The position numbers and the translations under genes are program-made. The notes beneath the pieces are model-generated. The model saw nothing but the letters and a program-made list of their open reading frames with translations, did not search any database and was not told the DNA's origin. A DNA stretch of 31,334 nucleotides from Candidatus Heimdallarchaeota archaeon (GTDB lineage Archaea > Asgardarchaeota > Heimdallarchaeia > JABLTI01), in assembly GCA_030614005.1 (NCBI GenBank), contig JAUWKS010000038.1, positions 1 to 31,334 on the forward strand. Direction: 5' to 3'. Position 1 is the stretch's first letter. Each line of letters begins with the position of its first letter. This document shows positions 27,852 to 31,334 of the stretch, piece by piece.

Positions 27852-29096
27852 CTATTTGACCGTTTTAATCCAATCTAGTAAAGCAACAATGCCATGGCCT
27901 TTTTCATAATCTAAAATCCTTTGAAAACCTCGTCCATAAATATCCTCTCTCGAGAGAATCATTTCTGCTTGCCCCTGATACCCAAACCGCATAAGCACTT
28001 TATAGGATATCCATTCACAGAACCCTTCTCGAATTTGTAAGGATTGATTTGGTTCTGTTACATTTTCAGATTGCCAAGCATGGCCCATTTCATGACTAAT
28101 TGTTCCTAAAGACATTTGCAAAGGCAGATGAGATTGAATGAAAATATTTCTTTTTTCGCCTTTTCTTTGGAAAAGACCGAGATTACGTCCTGCGGTAACT
28201 TCAGCTCCAGATTCTTTAATACGACTATCTAGTAATTTCTTTGAAATTAAACGGAAATTAATAGTACTATTAATTTTCAAACCTAAACCTAATAATCCTG
28301 CCTCAGCTTTATCTACCAAAGCTGTTAATTGTTTTTCAGTAGTAATTGAGCTTCTTTGGCATTCTACACAGATTTTTCTTCCATCGGAAATTTGAACGTA
28401 TTGTAGTCCTACAGGGCGACCACATGAGTCACAATGCGGTGCGAGTTTTTCACAGTACTCGCAATAAATACCACTTTGATATTTATAGGAGAAATATTTA
28501 CCAACAATTGGCAGACCACAAGAAGTACATCTTTGAGCTTTTTCTTGACATGAATAGCATATTTTTTTATCGTGGACTGTGAATAGAAATTGACTCGGCA
28601 TCCCACATAAATTGCATCTCTCATAAATTTTGTAACAATAATCACAAACAACTTCATTGTCAAATACCCAATAAGTTCCTACAATGGGGTTGTTACAGAC
28701 ATTGCAACGAGGAGCTTGTGTTAAACATTGTTTACAAAGAACCTTTCCACGTATTTTTGTATATTTAACAACCGGTTGCCCACATCGTTCACATTTTAGA
28801 TATTTGCTCATACAATCGTCACAAGCAATTGTTTTGTTAACAAATCGAGTGTAGCTCCCAATGACTGCTTTCCCACAAGTATCACACTTTGGGGATCTAT
28901 TATAACAAATCGAGCATAAACCATCAACCGATTCATCTGAACCACCAATTATTGGTTTCTTACAGCTTGTGCATTTTGGAAGGAATTTGAAACAATCGTT
29001 ACAAAAGGTTGACCCGTCAGAGAAATGGATGTATTTACCTGTGATAACTTCATTACAAGCATCACATTTCACTTTAATTACTCCAACAGATACCAA
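27852..29096 (-). CDS. DA1-like zinc metallopeptidase with 8 tandem LIM-like zinc-finger units
   Basis: Eight CxxC-x(15-19)-CxxC units, then SHEMGHAWQ and REGFCEWISY; GGAGG SD before the TTG start. Confidence 0.8.
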   Translation of the reverse strand: MVSVGVIKVKCDACNEVITGKYIHFSDGSTFCNDCFKFLPKCTSCKKPIIGGSDESVDGLCSICYNRSPKCDTCGKAVIGSYTRFVNKTIACDDCMSKYLKCERCGQPVVKYTKIRGKVLCKQCLTQAPRCNVCNNPIVGTYWVFDNEVVCDYCYKIYERCNLCGMPSQFLFTVHDKKICYSCQEKAQRCTSCGLPIVGKYFSYKYQSGIYCEYCEKLAPHCDSCGRPVGLQYVQISDGRKICVECQRSSITTEKQLTALVDKAEAGLLGLGLKINSTINFRLISKKLLDSRIKESGAEVTAGRNLGLFQRKGEKRNIFIQSHLPLQMSLGTISHEMGHAWQSENVTEPNQSLQIREGFCEWISYKVLMRFGYQGQAEMILSREDIYGRGFQRILDYEKGHGIVALLDWIKTVK

Positions 29097-29208
29097 TGAG
29101 TTTCCTCCGGAAATTAGATTCTCAATTACTAGAAAATAATCTATACCAATAATTAGCTATTCTCTTGAAAAAAACTTTCTATTAGGGTAATATAAGCAAA
29201 GAGCTCTT

Positions 29209-29736
29209 TCACTTGATGTATTTCAGTAATTCTTTGATAAATTCGTTGATTTTCTCACATTCACTTTGAAATTTGCTTGGTATTAGCTTATCATAATTTA
29301 CAATGTAAGGGACAATAACCATCTTAGGAAAACTTGCTGATCCTAATAACAAGATAATAACTGCTCCTCCTAAAATTAACCACTTAGCCCAATGATCAAT
29401 ATATATTATAGCTGCTACTGTTCCAATAATAACAAGTAATGATACAAAAATCGTTGTGCCAAACAATGAACGAATTACTCTTTGCCTTTTTTTTCGTATT
29501 TTAATCAATGCTGCCTTTGCACCTATTGATTCCCAAATTAAGTCTATTTCTTGGACTTTAAGTGAAACTGCTGCAATACGCGTATCTGTATCATTAAGCG
29601 AAGCAGTAATTGCTCCCCGTGCATCTTCTTTAGGCCAATTTCTTCTTCCGATGATTATAGAGAGCTTATCAATAATTTGGGTAATATTCTCTTTTGTGCC
29701 TCGAGGTAATTTTCTTTTGGTCTTTTTATGGGTCAT
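29209..29736 (-). CDS. Hypothetical 2-TM membrane protein
   Basis: Soluble N-terminus, basic stretch, two hydrophobic helices. Confidence 0.7.
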   Translation of the reverse strand: MTHKKTKRKLPRGTKENITQIIDKLSIIIGRRNWPKEDARGAITASLNDTDTRIAAVSLKVQEIDLIWESIGAKAALIKIRKKRQRVIRSLFGTTIFVSLLVIIGTVAAIIYIDHWAKWLILGGAVIILLLGSASFPKMVIVPYIVNYDKLIPSKFQSECEKINEFIKELLKYIK

Positions 29737-29785
29737 TATCTTCTTCCTTTTGAACTGAATGAATTAAATAAATATTTTATTTAGC

Positions 29786-30184
29786 TTAGCTTCTTGCTGC
29801 AACTTCAAAGAAGATCAAAATTGCACCAATAATACAAATTAATCCTCCAACACTTCCTGATACAATTGCTATCACTATAACGATAATTGCATAAAGAATT
29901 AGATTCAAACTATAAGCAAATCGATTATCAATACCAAACCAAATTAAAACCACGCCACATACAATTGCAATAATAAAGGCTAAAATTGGTATGCCTAAAA
30001 AACCGAAAGTATATGATTGCCATGCCTCATCGGCAAAACCAACTTCAAGTAAGTTTAGAATTGCTGCAACAATAATGATGACAGCACCAAGAATAATAAA
30101 AATTCTTCCAGCTTTAAACCATGGTCCTAACCATTTCTTTTTACGATGTTTTTCTTCTCTTCTCTTAGGGGACACATAGTACAC
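29786..30184 (-). CDS. Hypothetical small multi-TM membrane protein
   Basis: Basic N-terminus and about 4 hydrophobic helices. Confidence 0.7.
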   Translation of the reverse strand: MYYVSPKRREEKHRKKKWLGPWFKAGRIFIILGAVIIIVAAILNLLEVGFADEAWQSYTFGFLGIPILAFIIAIVCGVVLIWFGIDNRFAYSLNLILYAIIVIVIAIVSGSVGGLICIIGAILIFFEVAARS

Positions 30185-30292
30185 TTCCTAATTAACTTTC
30201 ATTTTTACACTAAAGCAATACTAACAATTATTCTTAATCTTATCGCTATGGAGGCACAAAAATCGCTAGATAAAATGGATGAGAATGCTAAC

Positions 30293-30775
30293 CTAACGTT
30301 TATCATCTCTAACTCCATGCGCAATGGTTCCTATTAATGCACCTAAGCCAAATGAAAAACAGGTATAAAGACCAATTATTAAAGAAGAAAGGAAAAATCC
30401 TCCAATGCCAATAAAAAATTGTCCTATTGATCCTACATCTACCACTAGAAATATCACTCCGAGTATGAAGAAGAAGAACGTGAAAACTAACGCACTGTAG
30501 CTGGAATATCTAAATGAAACCAGAAAACTAAGTGTTTTATCTCTAAATGCAATAATGATCCCTGCAGGTATACCATATAAACCAATGACAAAATTTAGTG
30601 CCATAGGATTTCCCAAAGCAGCAGAAGCAAAGGCATTTGTTAAAATTGAAATAATAGCTGTGATAATACCAACAATAATAATCCACCCCCAAGGTGTTTT
30701 AATCTGTTGCCTAGTACCAGTTTGATATTCTTTGAAAGCAACGCTTTCTCTTAAATCAGAATTTTCTTCTACCAC
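30293..30775 (-). CDS. Hypothetical 4-TM membrane protein
   Basis: Gly-rich hydrophobic helices. Start is tentatively GTG 30775 (the track begins at 30835). Confidence 0.65.
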   Translation of the reverse strand: MVEENSDLRESVAFKEYQTGTRQQIKTPWGWIIIVGIITAIISILTNAFASAALGNPMALNFVIGLYGIPAGIIIAFRDKTLSFLVSFRYSSYSALVFTFFFFILGVIFLVVDVGSIGQFFIGIGGFFLSSLIIGLYTCFSFGLGALIGTIAHGVRDDKR

Positions 30776-30997
30776 ATTGAACGACCAACAATAGATAAAT
30801 ATGAAGATTATTTGTATTCTTCCATTGCTCTTCAATTTGAAATAAGAAAAAAATTACATAAGTTATTACGGTAAAAAAAATATAGGTATATATACTCAAC
30901 TTTCTAATACAGTAGTGAATGTTCAGTTTAGAAAATAAATCGCAATTTCTTTCAAAAAAGAGCGAAATAAGGTAAAATAGGATGGAAAACGGCATTT

Positions 30998-31015
30998 TTC
31001 CGTATTTTTACGGAA
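30998..31015. promoter_or_regulatory. Perfect inverted repeat, candidate operator
   Basis: TTCCGTA-TTTT-TACGGAA between a membrane gene and a divergent wHTH gene. Confidence 0.45.
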
Positions 31016-31155
31016 CGCTGACATCTGATTGAAAGATAATTGGCGGATAATTTTACTAGATGGTAGAAGATTTTTACTAGACGTAGGGTAAGAATTTGTC
31101 AGTCTTCTTTTATATTAGAATAGATGGTCTATTGCTTAGGAGATGAAAAATAAAA

Positions 31156-31334
31156 ATGCTGACTGTAGCCGAACAATTACCCCCTTCTGCAAGGGCGATT
31201 TATACTCTCTTATCTGAACAGGGACCTTTGACTTCAAAGGACTTAATTCTAAAATGCGATCTCGCACCAAGAACTGTTAGATATGCCTTAAAACGTTTAA
31301 CGAAAGAGGGCCTAGTTAAAAAGGCACCATACCT
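31156..31334 (+). CDS. Archaeal winged-HTH transcription regulator, 5' partial (runs off the window; absent from the ORF track)
   Basis: MLTVAEQLPPSARAIYTLLSEQGPLTSKDLILKCDLAPRTVRYALKRLTKEGLVKKAPY matches the LPPSA...PRTVRYAL..L...GLV family pattern. Confidence 0.85.
   Translation, partial: MLTVAEQLPPSARAIYTLLSEQGPLTSKDLILKCDLAPRTVRYALKRLTKEGLVKKAPY

Noticed and set aside
26730-30293. Genome-wide TAG reassignment
   Set aside because: TAG ends the GGCT (27835-27837) and DA1-like (27852-27854) genes at natural-looking C-termini, and readthrough would run them into each other.
1-31334. Many short ORFs in the track lying antisense to or inside long genes (e.g. 18-239, 3024-3257, 5277-5504, 9027-9362, 11952-12281, 19442-19828, 20567-20953, 28138-28663, 29456-29758)
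   Set aside because: They are shadow frames of well-supported genes and show no motifs of their own.
1-31334. CRISPR array, rRNA or diversity-generating retroelement
   Set aside because: No regularly spaced repeat-spacer array, rRNA-like segment or reverse transcriptase seen. The only long repeats are in-frame protein repeats.

Overview
AT-rich, gene-dense archaeal chromosomal segment. It is most likely from an Asgard archaeon; this is inferred from PolD DP2, a BHB-intron tRNA, and longin/DENN-like, gelsolin-like and LIM/DA1-like proteins. From left to right it holds: the 3' end of an IS200/IS605 tnpB; a 1213-aa receptor-like protein (14 LVIVD blades, Ca-binding repeats, TM helix, cytoplasmic longin-like domain); pcm; polC with a 474-aa LAGLIDADG intein ending in His-Gln; and a five-gene complex I/Mrp-like membrane operon. 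Next come a DENN-like gene, back-to-back MFS and TPR gene remnants beside an intron-containing tRNA-Asn(GTT), an orphan ABC permease, comB-like, HEAT and eutA genes. The right third carries twin six-Cys microproteins, a lipase-like hydrolase, a longin/gelsolin-like fusion, a GT-C glycosyltransferase, a DJ-1/PfpI gene with an in-frame TAG, a GGCT, an 8x zinc-finger DA1-like peptidase, three membrane proteins and a partial wHTH regulator. The strongest candidate for an undescribed system is the intact membrane-arm operon, whose antiporter-like subunits have lost most of the ion-translocating charged residues and which has no redox module nearby. All family calls are by-eye motif recognition; no searches were run.
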